Shown here one piece after another: positions 14,170 through 29,996 of a DNA stretch of 64,000 bases. The translations under genes were made by a program, and so were the position numbers. How positions within the stretch are numbered: position 1 is the stretch's first letter; every line of letters starts with the position of its first letter. Below the pieces are notes generated by a model. That model saw only the letters and a list, made by a program, of their open reading frames with translations. It was not told the origin of the DNA and did no database searches. The stretch is from the NCBI GenBank assembly GCA_964016885.1, contig OZ024750.1:49662001-49726000 (forward strand), in the 5' to 3' direction. The stretch is from Eledone cirrhosa (lineage: Eukaryota).

Positions 14170-15350
14170 CATACACACACACACATATACACATGCATAT
14201 GTATATATGTATATATAAACAAAATAAAAATAAAGATAATAATGACAAAAAGAAAAGATAGCCAAGAAGGGGGAAGGAAGGAATAAAACGACGAAATAGA
14301 AGAGGAATGAGGGAGAAGGGGGGGATATATGTATTGGTTTTGTGGGTAATTAAAGGGTCTAGATATAAGAGGGTATAAAGTCTAAGTATATGCAGTTTGT
14401 CAGTTGGTAGTAAGAGGTTAAGAGTTCGATTTGTAGTGCGAAAATTTCTCTTTGAGTCTATGGTTACAATAAATTGATCTCTCAATTTCATTGTTGAGTA
14501 ACCTATTCTTCGAACTTAAGATGTGGAACAGCTCAAGGTCGCATAATCGACAGCTTCTCATACCACTCCGATAGGGGGCGCGTTTGATATTTTTTTCCTC
14601 TTCAGGGTGTATTGATGGTTACTTTCCCTCAGTTGCCAGGTCTTGTTTGCAAGGGTAGTTACATAACGGTGCTGGGAATGTTTCATTGCGTAACGGTGTG
14701 TATACCAGTCGCTCCGATGTAATACAATTTCTGGTTGTCTGATTCCACTGTGCATTGGTAAACCAGGTTAGACTGCATACATTCATTTTGTAATGGACAG
14801 GTTTCAGGTAGGTGGCAGTTGCATTTCTTGTTATGGGCAACTTTGGCATTATTTGTGGGCTGCGATGCCCGAACAAGTGTGTTACGTTTTGTTTGTCGGG
14901 TGGTTGTGTATTAGATATTATGTTGTGTTCGGTGGTAATTGTATTGTTATTGTCGTAAAGTTGTGTTTTGGTGTTGTTATGTATCTTTTTAGCGTTAAGC
15001 ATCTTAATGTGTGCTTCTATATTTGGTGCCGTAGAGTAGGATAGTCTAATAGATTTAGTGTTAAGGATTTTGCTGTATCTATGTGAATCCGGAAAGTGCC
15101 TATTTCTTATTCTAAAGAAAGTAGAGGGTAGGTTAGTACTAATAGAGGTGTTAAATATGGGGTTATACCAAATATATTTTCTACTGCGTGACTTGTTTGA
15201 TTTCGATGTTGTATTTCTATTTGCCGTATACTTTGCAGTTCTATGCGTAAATGTGTGTATGCGTGTGTTTCTGGAGTCTGTGTTATGCGTGTTCGTGTCG
15301 TAAATACCTGGATTAAATCCTTCTCTTAATGCTTACCTGTGTTTTCTCTT

Positions 15351-15355
<5 letters not shown>
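13580..15355 (-). mobile_element. Degenerate Penelope-like element with inverted termini
   Basis: 13585-13640 is inverted with 15297-15353. Minus-strand remnant TTLANKTWQLRESNHQYTLK resembles the GIY-YIG C-terminus. HHR at 13632-13733. Confidence 0.6.
13632..13733 (-). ncRNA. Hammerhead motif with U3-A8 core and long stem II
   Basis: Minus strand TATT-TTGAAAA-tTTGG-(long insert)-CCAAt-GAAA-CGGTCG-TA-AATA. Confidence 0.5.
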
Positions 15356-15448
<93 letters not shown>

Positions 15449-15662
15449 TAAATGAAACGATATTTCATTCCTCACTCATAATACGGCTGATACGTATATA
15501 TAAGTATGTATACGTGCATACATATATGTATACAGACGTACAGTAGTATGTATATATATATACATACATGCACACAGATATATATTGTAAACAAACAGTC
15601 CGAATTAAGCCGTACAGTGTTCAGCAACCATTGTTGCCCTTTTGTTCAACACTGATAAAGGA

Positions 15663-15705
15663 ACGATGAACTAGTTTCAAGCTTATTAGCTATCGTCAGC
15701 ATCGT
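15663..15705 (-). ncRNA. Minimal type-I hammerhead ribozyme (family D repeat, about 15480-15960)
   Basis: Minus strand ACGATG-CTGACGA-tAGCT-AATA-AGCTt-GAAA-CTAG-TT-CATCGT. Same family as 46625-46747. Confidence 0.8.
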
Positions 15706-16027
15706 ATACCTCCCTGTCAGATGATTGTACGTTTGAAAGTATATACTGTCCTTATGCATATTAACGGCTGAGCAGCCTAATTTGCATATCGAGTGAGTTA
15801 GTCGGCCAGTCGTACCGAAAACGATAAAATCGGGCTATATGTTTACAAACAAACCGAACATTATAATAAATGTTCGGTAAACCCATACATACATATTTAT
15901 TTGTGTGCATTATGTATACATATACATACTACTGTACATCTGTATATATATACATACTTATATATATATATATAGGTATGATACATTTTATTACTAATTA
16001 TATCTAAATGTTTCTTCTCTCTTCATA

Positions 16028-16089
<62 letters not shown>

Positions 16090-16158
16090 GTTTCTACTTT
16101 AGGCACAAGGCCAGCAATTATTATATATATATATATAATAATTATATATATATATAGT

Positions 16159-16216
<58 letters not shown>

Positions 16217-16384
16217 TAGAAAGTGAGGTTTTTTTTTACAAAATGAAAAATAACCGAGGTGTCCTACACGAGAGAATGTATAAAGAAAAAAAGATGAAAT
16301 CGTAAATGCAACTGAGTGAGCTCGTCCACATTGTCTTATTCCTTGTATTGAATTCAGCTTTTAATATTAGGCTGACTCAGTGAA

Positions 16385-16590
16385 ATGAATTGGCAGAAAG
16401 TTTAGAGTGTCGCGTGAAATACTATCGTGATATATGTTTTGGACTCTATATATTCAGAGTTCAAATTTGCATTTTATCCTTCCAGGATCTTTAAAATAAA
16501 GTACCAGTCAAGTACTGGGTTTGGGGTTGATTTAATCAACTTTGATTTCCCCTCAATGTTATCGGGCTTGTGTCAACATTATACATCGAT
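16385..16590 (+). mobile_element. Diverged SINE copy
   Basis: TTGGCAG A-box, GAGTTCAAAT B-box and TAAAATAAAGTACCAG domain. Confidence 0.6.
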
Positions 16591-16949
16591 ATTAGTTTGT
16601 CTGGAGTACTTATTTTTTATTCTTCAACTTAATTTCCAGATTATGCATAGCAAAGATGTCATCAACTAATACGCATTTATTTATATTCATAATTATTTCT
16701 CTAATTATAACGGTTTCGTTTCCTACAATTAAAGCTTTGATTTAACGTTCATTTTCTCGTATGGAAGATTTTAAACATTCGTATCATCTAATCATTTCCG
16801 ACTTCGTTGCAGTTTTGAACAGATTTTCCTAATTAAAACGCCTACTGAATATTTTTAAATAATTGATATCATAGAGTAAATTTATAATTTGCTACATCAT
16901 CTATAGTTTTTCTTTTACTTTTTGCGGAGTGGTATCAATTATATATCTA

Positions 16950-17278
16950 TCTATATATTACTAAAAGTCTTTGATTGCTTGCTTGTTTGTCTGTAATGTA
17001 ATACAGCCAAATGGGCGCATAATAGAAAATTACGTTGAAATGGGGATAAAAATGGAAAAAAAGGTTTCGCGTGAATCGGGCCAAGGGCTCCCGAGATATG
17101 GGGTTTTTCCTGGTACCTTCATACACAGAGAGAGAGGGGGAGAAACATAGAGAGGATGAGATAGTGGTTGTTCGAGAGTAGATTGAAAGAGAGAGATAAG
17201 GAGAGAGATAGATACGTAGGCAGAGAAGGAGAATGGAAGAGAGCGAGAGAGAGAGAGAGAGAGAGAGCTGGTGGCGTT

Positions 17279-17317
<39 letters not shown>

Positions 17318-17556
17318 GTGTGTGTGTGTGTGAGTATGTTTATATATATATATATATGTGTGTGTGTGTATATATAGATCAGAGACACGCACATACATAT
17401 ACACACACATACGTATATAAATGGGCCTTCAGATTCATTTCACATTAGATACATGTCTGTGATTATTTTGATTACTTAAACATTATTGTTAAGGGAACAT
17501 GATTTTCGAAGAACAATTTGAAGGGAACGTGACCCAATGGGTCACGGCTGGTCTAG
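16950..17556 (+). mobile_element. Non-autonomous Helitron-like element
   Basis: 5' A|TCTATATATTACTAAAAG. 3' perfect hairpin CGTGACCCA-A-TGGGTCACG followed by GCTGGT-CTAG|T. Confidence 0.7.
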
Positions 17557-17939
17557 TATTAATGTATATATGTAAACATAAATAATGATGGAGCCGTAGG
17601 GGTACCATAGTAATATACAGGGTGACTAGGACATGTATTGAAACTGACATACTTCCCACTCCCCTGATCTGATCAGAGCTGCTTTCTTCCTGAAACGGAA
17701 AAAGAGTGCGAGAGAAGTAAGAAAGGATTACAGAGGAAGAATCTATCCTGGTTGTGGACTGGTAATGTTTTATCGGCCGTCAAAAGATGAAAGGGAAAAT
17801 TGACCTCGGTTGATTTTGAACTCTGAGAGAAGAAAGCAGCAACAAATACCACATAAGCTTTCTAGCGACGTTCAAACAACGGCCAATTCGCTACCGTAAA
17901 TTTGACATAAGACTGGCTTTAATATAAAAGAGATAATAG

Positions 17940-18158
17940 AGGGTGGTTAATTGGCAGTATCGGTAGAAGTTCGGACGCTATGCTTTGCAAGATAGAGTTA
18001 CGGCCCTTTATGATCTGAGTTCAAATCCCTTCGAGGTTTACCTTGCCTTTTATTCTTACGGGGTCTATAAAATAAAGTACCAGTCCCGCACTCGTGTCGA
18101 CTCAATCGGCTTTCCCCTCTCCTCAAAATTGCTGGTGTTGTGCCAATACAAAACAGAT
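17940..18158 (+). mobile_element. SINE copy (near full length); a more diverged minus-strand copy lies at about 17755-17895
   Basis: TTGGCAGTATCGGTAG A-box, GAGTTCAAATCC B-box and GGGGTCTATAAAATAAAGTACCAG. Confidence 0.75.
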
Positions 18159-20398
18159 AATATGCCTATATAGAAGATTTCCCTTGTCATGAATTTTGTT
18201 TTGTTTTCAATTATTATCAGTTTGACTTAGTGTGATGTGTTTTATTTTCTATTTCAAAATATATATTGATTGTAGTAATGCTGGTTTATGTGAAATGTCT
18301 CCACTATCCAAGCGTGTGTTGTACAAACTGTTTTATGTAACCAGTCCAAGCCATCCTAAAGTATATTTTCTTATTTTTATTGCTTTCTATTATATTATAA
18401 TAGAATGCCTCACTAGTCTATCTTTATTGCCATCCACCTATTTTTCGTTATCGCCATAACAGTAGCAGCAGTAGTAGTAGTAGCAGCAGCAGGAGTACTA
18501 GTAGCATCAGCAGTAGTAATAGTAGGAGGAGGAGGGGAAATGTTCGACATCGACATCAATGCAGTTGATACTAGAAGTGTAATGAGAGCATCAATATAGA
18601 CGGTCTATATCGTTGAAAGACATACAATAATCCAGATCCTAGCAAATATTAAACATCTACAAATCTCACGTTGCACTCACAATGATGTACTTCTCTCACA
18701 TCTGAGTCTGTGTCTGATTGCTAGAGATAAATCCATCTTAGACAGTAGCCACCGAATTACAATTGACATATTAGCATGGCATCACTCACCAACACACTCC
18801 GATCTCTGGTCTTTTACCTGCTAACGTTTATTCTACCACGTCTGCTGATACTACTTTAACCTCTACCAACTTTTGCTGACTGGTCATGTGTCATGTCCTG
18901 CCAATTATTGTTTCTCTTAGTCTTGTCACTCACATTTTGTCCATAAGCAAGATCCGAGCTATTATGTCAGATTTTTCTGATCAGGAACATAATATATATA
19001 GTTAAATACTTCCCTTGCACAAGTCATTTTTTGTTATGCTTCTTTGTTTCATGTTGTAGGTGACAGCAAGTATTCACGAAAAATACCAATCACATCTATC
19101 CCATCGGTCCCGGATTATGTAAAAATTCAAGGGAGACAGTTCCTTTCTCCAGACCAAGGCAATAAGGAAAACGACACATCAGATATATCCTATATTATGT
19201 TCTGATTTATTTGTAGGAGCACGATCATGTCTTGGGCATTAAGCCACCCCTCTCTGCTTTTGAGATCAGCCGATTTCTTTCAAGGTGAAAGATACGGTGA
19301 AAAAATCGACCCACGTTCTGACCTGCTATTTCAGTTATTGCCCCTGACATGATAGTCATCAGTAGAGGACCTCGGTAGAATCTGAACTGAGATCACACAG
19401 CACTGGAACAAATAACGCAAGGTATTCTACTCCACATTCTGAAAATGCTTCCAATTCATCGTTAAGATGTCTTTTAAAGTACCGTAAAATTTGTTATTGA
19501 TCACCGCATTCTGAGTTCAAATCCTGATAATATAACTTCTGCGTCTCGTACTTTTGTGGTCGGCAAATAAAGTACCGAATCGTGGTACGGCATGTTGGCG
19601 GAATTGTTGAAGTGTCGGGACGGGATGCTTTGCCACATCTAAATATAAAGGAAGTTGTTACAAAAATTGCGAATAAAATTACCTCTAGCCTGTAATTATT
19701 GACCTAATGGCCAATCAAACACGATCACGAAAAAAAATATTGTTTGAACTTATGTCTCGTAGCATAAAACTATTTACAACTATTTTCAGATTCATAAAAT
19801 GTGATCGATAAAATTTCGCAACATATTTATAGATTTTCCTCTAAGTCTTGATATTTGCAAAAACTCCTAAACTAAACTAGTAAATGTATAAATAAATAAA
19901 TAATTATTTAATCAATATTTCACTAACTTAAATGATCGATTGACTATTACCGACAACACTTCTTTGAGACATGCGGATGCATTTTATTACTCAATATTTT
20001 TTGTTTGATTTAATGGGCATCGTTTTCTGCTTTAAATATCATGTTGCTAAATTTTAAATAATAATATGTACTAGTTCACCTTGTTTGAGTTTTAATTATT
20101 TTAAACACAGGGAATGTCTCAGCTATCACCAGCGAATGTGTTGTTGATAAAAATACAAATTGTAAAATAAGTAATTAAAACAAAATGAAAGTAAAAACAC
20201 TATGTAAGAGAAAGAAACAGGAGAAGTAGAGAACATGGTGAAAACTGATGAGGTGAACTAGTGGGAAATAAATACACGTAAAAGGAAAAATTAGGAGGCG
20301 AAACCTGTATAATGACGAAACATCAATAAACAACGCACAATCACGCACACACATATTTTCGCGTGTAAGAACACGCACGCACATATTCACACACACAA

Positions 20399-20489
<91 letters not shown>

Positions 20490-21019
20490 CATAGAAAAAT
20501 TGTTAAATTACAAAATGCAATATGTACAATATTCAACAAGGATGAATGGGAATTGAATGTGTTAATAAGTAGTGTTAGTATGCGTGGGGGTTGGGAGAGT
20601 GTTGGGAAACGCAGCAAAAATATCATGTAAAAGAATTAAAGCCATGTTGTAAAACAATAAGTAATAAAGTATCCACCTGTCTTTCTCTTTCTCTCCATCT
20701 CTCACACTCTCTTTATTGGGTAATATTTACAGTATATATACGTGCGTATAGACATATATGAGTGTAATATATGTATATATATATATATTAGAATTGGTGC
20801 TCTGAAATAGCGATATATATATGAATGTATATATAGTGTATTTTGTAATACACTGTATGCTTAATTAAAAGTGCGAAACAGAGCTCTGTCAGCTGTATCT
20901 CCCATGTTTGCGGAAAATTCAAGTAAGTGAGACTGTCACTACTCTAAAACAATTGCGTAAGGTCTTCGAAATGCTTTTAATTAAGCATACAGTGTATTGA
21001 AAAATACAATATATATACA

Positions 21020-21074
<55 letters not shown>

Positions 21075-21076
21075 AT

Positions 21077-21125
<49 letters not shown>

Positions 21126-21874
21126 GAGAGAGGAGAGGAGAGAGAGACAGAGAGACAGACAGACGGAGAAACAGATAGCAAGAGAGAGACGGAGAGATCT
21201 CAGTAGTGTATGTTATAAATCAGAAAGATAAATAGAATAAAATGAATAAAAAGGTGTGAAATAAGAGAGACCGGAAAATTGGTGGCAGAAGAACACAAAA
21301 GAAGTGATTGAAGTGAGAAGTGTCTGTAGGATTAAAATAGATTTGAAGGAATCAAAAATCGTGGAGAGTCTGTGTGATGAATATGAAAGTAGAAATAATC
21401 AAATTTTGCATAGAGAAGAAATGTGGGAAATTAAGCTAAAACCAGATATGGTAGGAGTGAGTGAGTAAAAGTGTTAGTAATAGTGATATTTCTCTGAGAA
21501 AGATGTGTTTATGACGCCATTTCGTAATTACTTGACTGTTGTGTATAAATATGAATGCTTGAACTCAAGATCATATTTTTATGTAAATATAACAACATCA
21601 ATCTATTTGTTACATATTTTATTTCATTTATTTCATTTAATGATTTTTTTTCTTCTTTACGTTACAAAAATATATGAACTTTTTTTTTTTTTTAAATGGC
21701 TGCCAACAATTGTTCTATTTTCAGAATGCATTATATTTTCCATTAAAATTAATTGCATAAAATTTGTTTCACTTTCACTTTACTGCAAATACATCATATA
21801 ACTTCGGGAAATATATATTTCAATTATGAGTATATCTTGTATAAGTAATGTGTTTGTGTGTGTGTCTATTTAGA

Positions 21875-23915
<2,041 letters not shown>

Positions 23916-23919
23916 CCTA

Positions 23920-24049
<130 letters not shown>

Positions 24050-25200
24050 TGGTTACTCAACAGTTAGTTCACCCTACCGAGAACAATTGTTTCACCTTAA
24101 CGGATCTTCAGCTCGGGGAACAGGAAGGACAACCGTACGAACGCGCATGCGCAAGTCCGGAAACTGCGAAAGTCCTGAAAGTGTTTAGGTTGAACATAAA
24201 ATTAAAATAAAATTAAAAATAAAATTACACAGAATCAGTCGGGAGACTTTTAGTTATGCAATATATGTTTGGGGACGTGTGGACAACGTGTGAACAATTC
24301 ACTTCTCGTGTTTATGCAATCACTATTGCGTAATCTCTTTAGGGTAGTTATTCGTTCGTCAATACATAAGCCACACGTCGGATTTCCCCTTGCGAATGGC
24401 TTGGACTTAGTGATGGCTTTCCATTGAATGGATAGCCTATACTTCAGTCCTTGAGGGACCATACGTGGCTCACGAGTCTCGTGGATCAACGTCTGTACAG
24501 GTATCTGAAGGTAGACTGCTGGTTCAGGAAATGCTCCTTGAATCGGCTCTCCGACATGCCCACATAGGAATTGACCTCCTGTGGTTTGTTTTGTCGGTTG
24601 GAAGTGACTACAACTTCATAGATTACAGCTGGCGTGTTGCTTTGCTGTTGAAGGGGGCAAGCTTCAGGCTTACGCCAAGAGCACTCTGGTGGGGTGTTGT
24701 TCCTAGGGCTGGTGGTGATGTGGGCCTTCATGTTCTTAGCGCAGGAGTATCCTAGTTTAACTTTGTGTCGGTTAAAGATGGAGCGGTATTTATGACCTAT
24801 GGGGAAGTGTCTATCCAAGAGGACTAGAAATGTTTTTCCTACATCGCTTTTAACGTTGAGTGAGAAGGGAGGAGAGAACCAAATAGTTTGTCTATTGTTG
24901 CGCTTACTTTTCTTAATGGTGTTGTTGCAAGTGGGAGAATAAGTGATAGGTTGTGAGAAGCCGCTGTTAGCCAACGCCGTATCATAGCAGGGTGCCGCCC
25001 CGTCAAAGATAGCCTTACTAGAGGAGAGGTTTAAGATTCTAGTACTGATATTCTTAATGAAGTTTCTAAAAACAGTGGGAGTTGGCATGAGTCCTTGTGA
25101 ATGTAGTTAAGTTTCTCGTTTAGCTTATGGCAGGGTATGTGTGTGTTTGTGCGAAGGTCTAAATTGATGTATAAGAAATCTACGCTTTCGAGCCTTAGCT
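24050..25200 (-). mobile_element. Inverted partial duplicate of PLE family A (GIY-YIG region and 3' terminus)
   Basis: ORFs 24486-25088 and 24250-24489 are highly similar to plus-strand ORF 26433-27173. Confidence 0.9.
24077..24116 (-). ncRNA. Minimal type-I hammerhead ribozyme (PLE family A)
   Basis: Minus strand CCGAG-CTGAAGA-tCCgttaaGGt-GAAA-CAATTG-TT-CTCGG. Confidence 0.8.
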
Positions 25201-25204
25201 TTTG

Positions 25205-27492
25205 ACGGCAAAATTACAGGCACCAACAACACATTCAACCTGAAATCGAGAGCCTACCTTCCTAAGGTAACAGAACTTGTTCCTTTCGAGACGGACCTTC
25301 CTGACTTTGTCGCTAACATTTGCTTTTGCAAACGAAACTCAGAAACGATATTAAGAAATTTAGGTCTTCTAATAACACATTCGGCCTTTCCGAGAAAACT
25401 AATGATATTTACGAAGTCGACCACACCACCTTCCGCCACCTGGCCCATAACGCTATTACTTCTAAATATAAGAAAGCTAACCCTATGGATTACCACGACA
25501 TTAATACAGAAGCCAAGGAACTCGCCACCGACCTTAAGGTAGATAAGAAGCTACAATCTCTAGCTAAGCGGGAGGCGTTCCTTACCCTGAAAGATCACAA
25601 GGTAGACTTTACATGTAGACTAATAACCCCACATGTAGACTAATAAACCCGGCACGCATTATATGGGACTAGTCAGTAAGGCCATACTTAGAAACATAGT
25701 TAAGACCATTAGGACCAAGTTCAACCTGCCCCAGTGGAAGAACAGCGACTCCGTAATTAAGTGGTTTAACTCCTTAAAATCCAGAAAATCGAAGTTCACA
25801 CAGTTTGACATTGTCGATTTTTACCCGTCGATCTCAGAGACCCTGTTAAACAAAGCGTTGGACTTAGCTAACACTTATACCACCTTCGATGGTTTAGACA
25901 GGCAAATCATCGCTCACTGCCGGAAAACACTCCTCTTCGACGACGGAGTAGCCTGGGCCAAGAAGTCTACATCTTCAGACCTGTTCGACGTCTCCATGGG
26001 ATCGTTTGACAGTGCTGACGTATGTGACTTGGTTGGCATTTTTATCTAAGACATATTACGTATTAGATTCCCGGATTTCCACACGGGAATATACCGTGAT
26101 GATGAACTGATTTTATCGAGCCATAAAAGTGGTCAGGACCTCGACCGGTTTAAAAAAGACTTAGCTTCTACCTTCAATGATTTAGGCCTTAGGATAACAG
26201 TAGCCACCAACATCTCCAGTGTAGATTTCTTAGATATTAATTTAGACCTTCGCACACACACACACACAGGCCCTTCCATAAACTAAACGAGAAACTTAAC
26301 TACATTCACAAGGTCCCATGCCACCCTCCCACTGCTTTTAGAAAATTCGTTAGGAATATCAGTACTAGAATCTCAAATCTCTCCTCTAATAAGGCTATTT
26401 TTGACAGGGCCGCACCCTACTATAACACCGCGTTGGCTAACAGCGGCTTCTCACAACCTATCACTTACTCTCCCACTAGCAACAACACCATTGAGAAAAG
26501 TAAGCGCAACAAAAGACAAACTATCTGGTTCACTCCTCCCTTCTCACTCACCGTTAAAACCAATGTAGGGAAAATATTTCTAGCCCTCTTAGATCGACAC
26601 TTCCCCATAGGTCATAAATACCGATCCATCTTTAACCGACACAAAGTTAAACTAGGATATTCCTGCGCTAAGAAAATGAAGGCCAACATTACCAACAGCC
26701 CTAGGAGCAACACCGCACCAGGTTGCTCTTGCCGTAAGCCTGAAGCATGCCCCCTTCAACAGCAATGCAACACACCAGCTGTAATCTATGAAGCTGTATT
26801 CACTTCCAACCGACCAAACGAACAACATGAGGTCAAATCCTATATGGGCAGATCGGAGAGCCGATTCAAGGAGCGTTTCCTGAACCACCAGTCTACCTTC
26901 AGATACCCGGACAGACGTTCATCCCCGAAACTCGCGAGCTACGTATGGTCCCTCAAGGACTCAAGTATAGGCTATTCCATTCAATGGAAAGCCATCACTA
27001 AGTCCAAGCCATGCGCAAGGTTAAATCGGACGAGTGGCGTATGTATTGACGAACGAATAACTATCCTAAAGAGATTACGCAATAGTGATTGCCTCAACAC
27101 GAGAAGTGAATTTTTCACACGTTGTCCACACGTCTCCAAACATCTATTGCATAACTACAACGCTCCGGACTGATTCTTTTTAATTTTATTTTTAATTTTA
27201 TTTTAATTTTATATTCAACCTAAAAACTTTCCGAACTTTCACAGTTATCTCCCTTATATCTCTCGCACGCAGTCTAGTATTGCATGTGAGGAGACCGAGT
27301 TTCTGCGCATGCGCGTTCGTACGGTTGTCCTTCCTGTTCTTATAAGCATACACATCCCGAGCTGAAGATCCGCTAAGGTGAAACAATTGTTCTCGGTATG
27401 GTGAACTAACTGTTGTGTAACCACATCTACCAAACTCTTCCCTTGGACTGAGTGCTCTACCACTACGGATATTACCTTCCAGTGTCCCACCA
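25205..27492 (+). mobile_element. Penelope-like element family A (Neptune-like Cys linker): pseudogenised RT + GIY-YIG
   Basis: RT motifs QFDIVDFYPSI, DVSMGSFDSADVCDLVG and GIYRDD (about 26086-26103). Linker CSCRKPEACPL, GIY-YIG VIYEA..SYMGRSE..FKERF. Stops and frameshifts present. Confidence 0.9.
27357..27396 (+). ncRNA. Minimal type-I hammerhead ribozyme (PLE family A)
   Basis: CCGAG-CTGAAGA-tCCgctaaGGt-GAAA-CAATTG-TT-CTCGG. Confidence 0.8.
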
Positions 27493-27505
27493 CTATATAT
27501 ATATA

Positions 27506-28281
27506 TATGCTAACAGAATAACTATGAAGCTTGTCTCCTTCTTTCTACGGTTAGCTATCCTCTTTGTTGTTATCTTGTCTCACTCGCTTTACGCGTTTTA
27601 ATTGTCCTAATCACTTAATTTAGTTATTATTGCACCGACGTGAGGTATATGATTTTTAATGCAATGAAATATCTATGATCGTCGGCAAATCACTGATGAG
27701 GGACTTATTTTATTACATGTTATCCATGTGCAACCAGCAGTATTCTTCTCCCTATTTTTTCACATATTTACCTATACTGCGATTCTGTTTTTTCTCTCTC
27801 TCTCTCTCTCTCTTACTGCTCCCCCGCTCTCTCTGTTTCTCCTACTTTCTTTCGCCCCCTCTGTCATGTCAGTTAACTCTTCCTCACACTTCCACTCACT
27901 CACTCACTGTTTCTCCTCTTCTCACTTCACCCCGTTCGCGACGAAATCATTTTCTCTCTCTCACATTTGAATTCACTGCTGAAAGGTCTTTTTTCTGAAC
28001 GCTCATATATTCACCTAGCTTATGCTAACAGAATAACTATGAAGCTTGTCTCCTTCTTTCTACGGTTAGCTATCCTCTTTGTTGTTATCTTGTCTCACTC
28101 GCTTTACGCGTTTTAATTGTCCTAATAACTTAATTTAGTTATTATTGCACCGACGTGAGGTATATGATTTTTAATGCAATGACATATCTATGATCGTCGG
28201 CAAATCACTGATGAGGGACTTATTTTATTACATGTTATCCATGTGCAACCAGCAGTATACTTCTCCCCATTTTTTCACATA
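27506..28281 (+). repeat. About 260-bp direct repeats (27506-27766 and 28021-28281) around a CT-rich spacer
   Basis: Both start TATGCTAACAGAATAACTATGAAGC and end TTTTTCACATAT, and are nearly identical. Confidence 0.9.
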
Positions 28282-28574
28282 TATATATATATAATGTTGT
28301 TATTTCTGAAATATTTTACATGTATATATATATAACATTTGCTTATGTGTTGGTTAACTACCGACAATTCGCTATGAGGTTAGAGCACTCAACGAGGTGC
28401 GCAGGTGGGCCTGCTTACACCGAAGTAATTCAAAAGCAGGTTAAAGTTAATACGTTTATACATAGTCGCTGTTATTTCAGTGATAACCATTATACAACAG
28501 CTATGACTTCATCAGACAGTTAGTATTTAAACAGAATAAAATCAAAATAATAGAAGTAAACATTATTTCATCAT

Positions 28575-28614
<40 letters not shown>

Positions 28615-28683
28615 TATGAAGAGAGAAGAAACATTTAGATATAATTAGTAATAAAATGTATCATAGCTAAACTGTTCCTAAAT

Positions 28684-28771
28684 TCCTCGACTACGTAGTT
28701 TCGTGGCATAAACAAAAACAATATATCAAAGATATAGAGTCCTTGCGAGGTCTGCCGACTTATCAAGAGGA
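28684..28771 (-). ncRNA. Hammerhead motif with U3-A8 core and extended stem II
   Basis: Minus strand TCCTC-TTGATAA-GTcGGCA...TGCCAC-GAAA-CTACGTAG-TC-GAGGA: 5-bp stem I, 8-nt palindromic stem III, GUC site. Confidence 0.7.
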
Positions 28772-29213
28772 TACCTCATTTTACTAGTCTCAAGAACGCG
28801 TCTACACGACGTGAGAAAGAATCCCAAAAGGCGGAGGGGGAGACAGTCACGCGATATAACGGTCGGGAAACAGAGCTAAGCCTCTTATAACCACGAAGAA
28901 AATACCACGGAGGCGGAGGGGGTATTCATATCGAGGCCGTAGAAGAGGTAGTGAAGAAGGCGAGAAGTATGAGTAATGGAAGCTTTCCAGTTGTCCCCAC
29001 ACTTCAAAGATTGCTCGACCAGAGGGAGTTATTAATATATTTAGAAACATAATGTATTTTTAACTCTGATACTGGTTCAGTCTGGTTCAAACTGAATTAG
29101 TCTGTCCCAGTGATTCATTGAGCAACATCGGTGAAGTTGGCATCCTTAACTCACAGTTGGGTGCGGATGCATTCATGTATATATGTGTTTGTCCGCATGT
29201 ATCTGTGTGTTTC

Positions 29214-29262
<49 letters not shown>

Positions 29263-29270
<8 letters not shown>

Positions 29271-29681
29271 GTGAGGTTTTTTTAGAAAATGAAAAATAAC
29301 CGAGGTGTCCTACACGAGTGAAAGTATAAAGAAAAAGAGATGAAATCGAAAATGTAACTGGAGTCTTTTTTTTATTTTAAATATATATATTTATTTGGTT
29401 CCTTTACCGGTTTCGCAGTTCTTCTGCTTTTCAAAAGTAGAGTTGAGATGGAGGGTCTGTGGTATTTATCACATCAGATGTGAGAAAAACCACAGACCCT
29501 CCATCTCAACTCTACTTTTGAAAAGCAGAAGAACTGCGAAACCGGTAAAGGAACCAAATAAATATATATATTTAAAAAAAAAATAAAACTCCAGTTACAT
29601 TTTCGATTTCATCTTTTTTTCTTTATACTTTCACTCGTGTAGGACACCTCGGTTATTTTTCATTTTCTAAAAAAACCTCAC

Positions 29682-29689
<8 letters not shown>
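29263..29689. mobile_element. Near-perfect 427-bp palindrome (family C fold-back element) with two outward-facing U3-A8 HHR motifs (29401-29437 minus, 29515-29551 plus)
   Basis: Arms mirror around A29476 (TCACATC-A-GATGTGA). Motif CTT-TTGAAAA-GCAG-AAGAA-CTGC-GAAA-CCGG-TA-AAG. (TA)n on both sides. Confidence 0.85.
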
Positions 29690-29737
<48 letters not shown>

Positions 29738-29809
29738 GCGGTTCCCCGGCATGCCCTCAGCCGGATGGCTGAAACAGTTAAAAGAGTAAAATAGTATATA
29801 TATATAAAT

Positions 29810-29996
29810 AATTGTTTCTATTTTAGGCACAAGGCCAGCAAATATCCAGTGCATTACTGGTACTTTATTTTATCGACCCCGTAAGGATGAAAGGCAAAGT
29901 TAACCTCGGCGGGATTTGAACTCAGATCATAAAGGGACGTAACTCTATGCTTCAAAGCATGGTGTCCGACTCTCTACCGATACTGCCAATCCACCA
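29810..29996 (-). mobile_element. Near full-length SINE copy
   Basis: Same A-box, B-box, central domain and tail as the copy at 38391-38581. Confidence 0.85.

Noticed and set aside
19210-19245. FVGARSCLGH, resembling the cytochrome P450 heme motif, after a possible splice acceptor
   Set aside because: An in-frame stop follows immediately and no other P450-like exons are visible. Probably chance.
20780-20935. Possible promoter or non-coding first exon ending in a CAAGTAAGT donor-like site
   Set aside because: A single motif with no supporting evidence. It cannot be called without transcript data.
28469-28519. Minus-strand CTGT-CTGATGA...GAAA-TA-ACAG hammerhead candidate
   Set aside because: Stem III is absent, so it is at best a dead remnant and was not counted.
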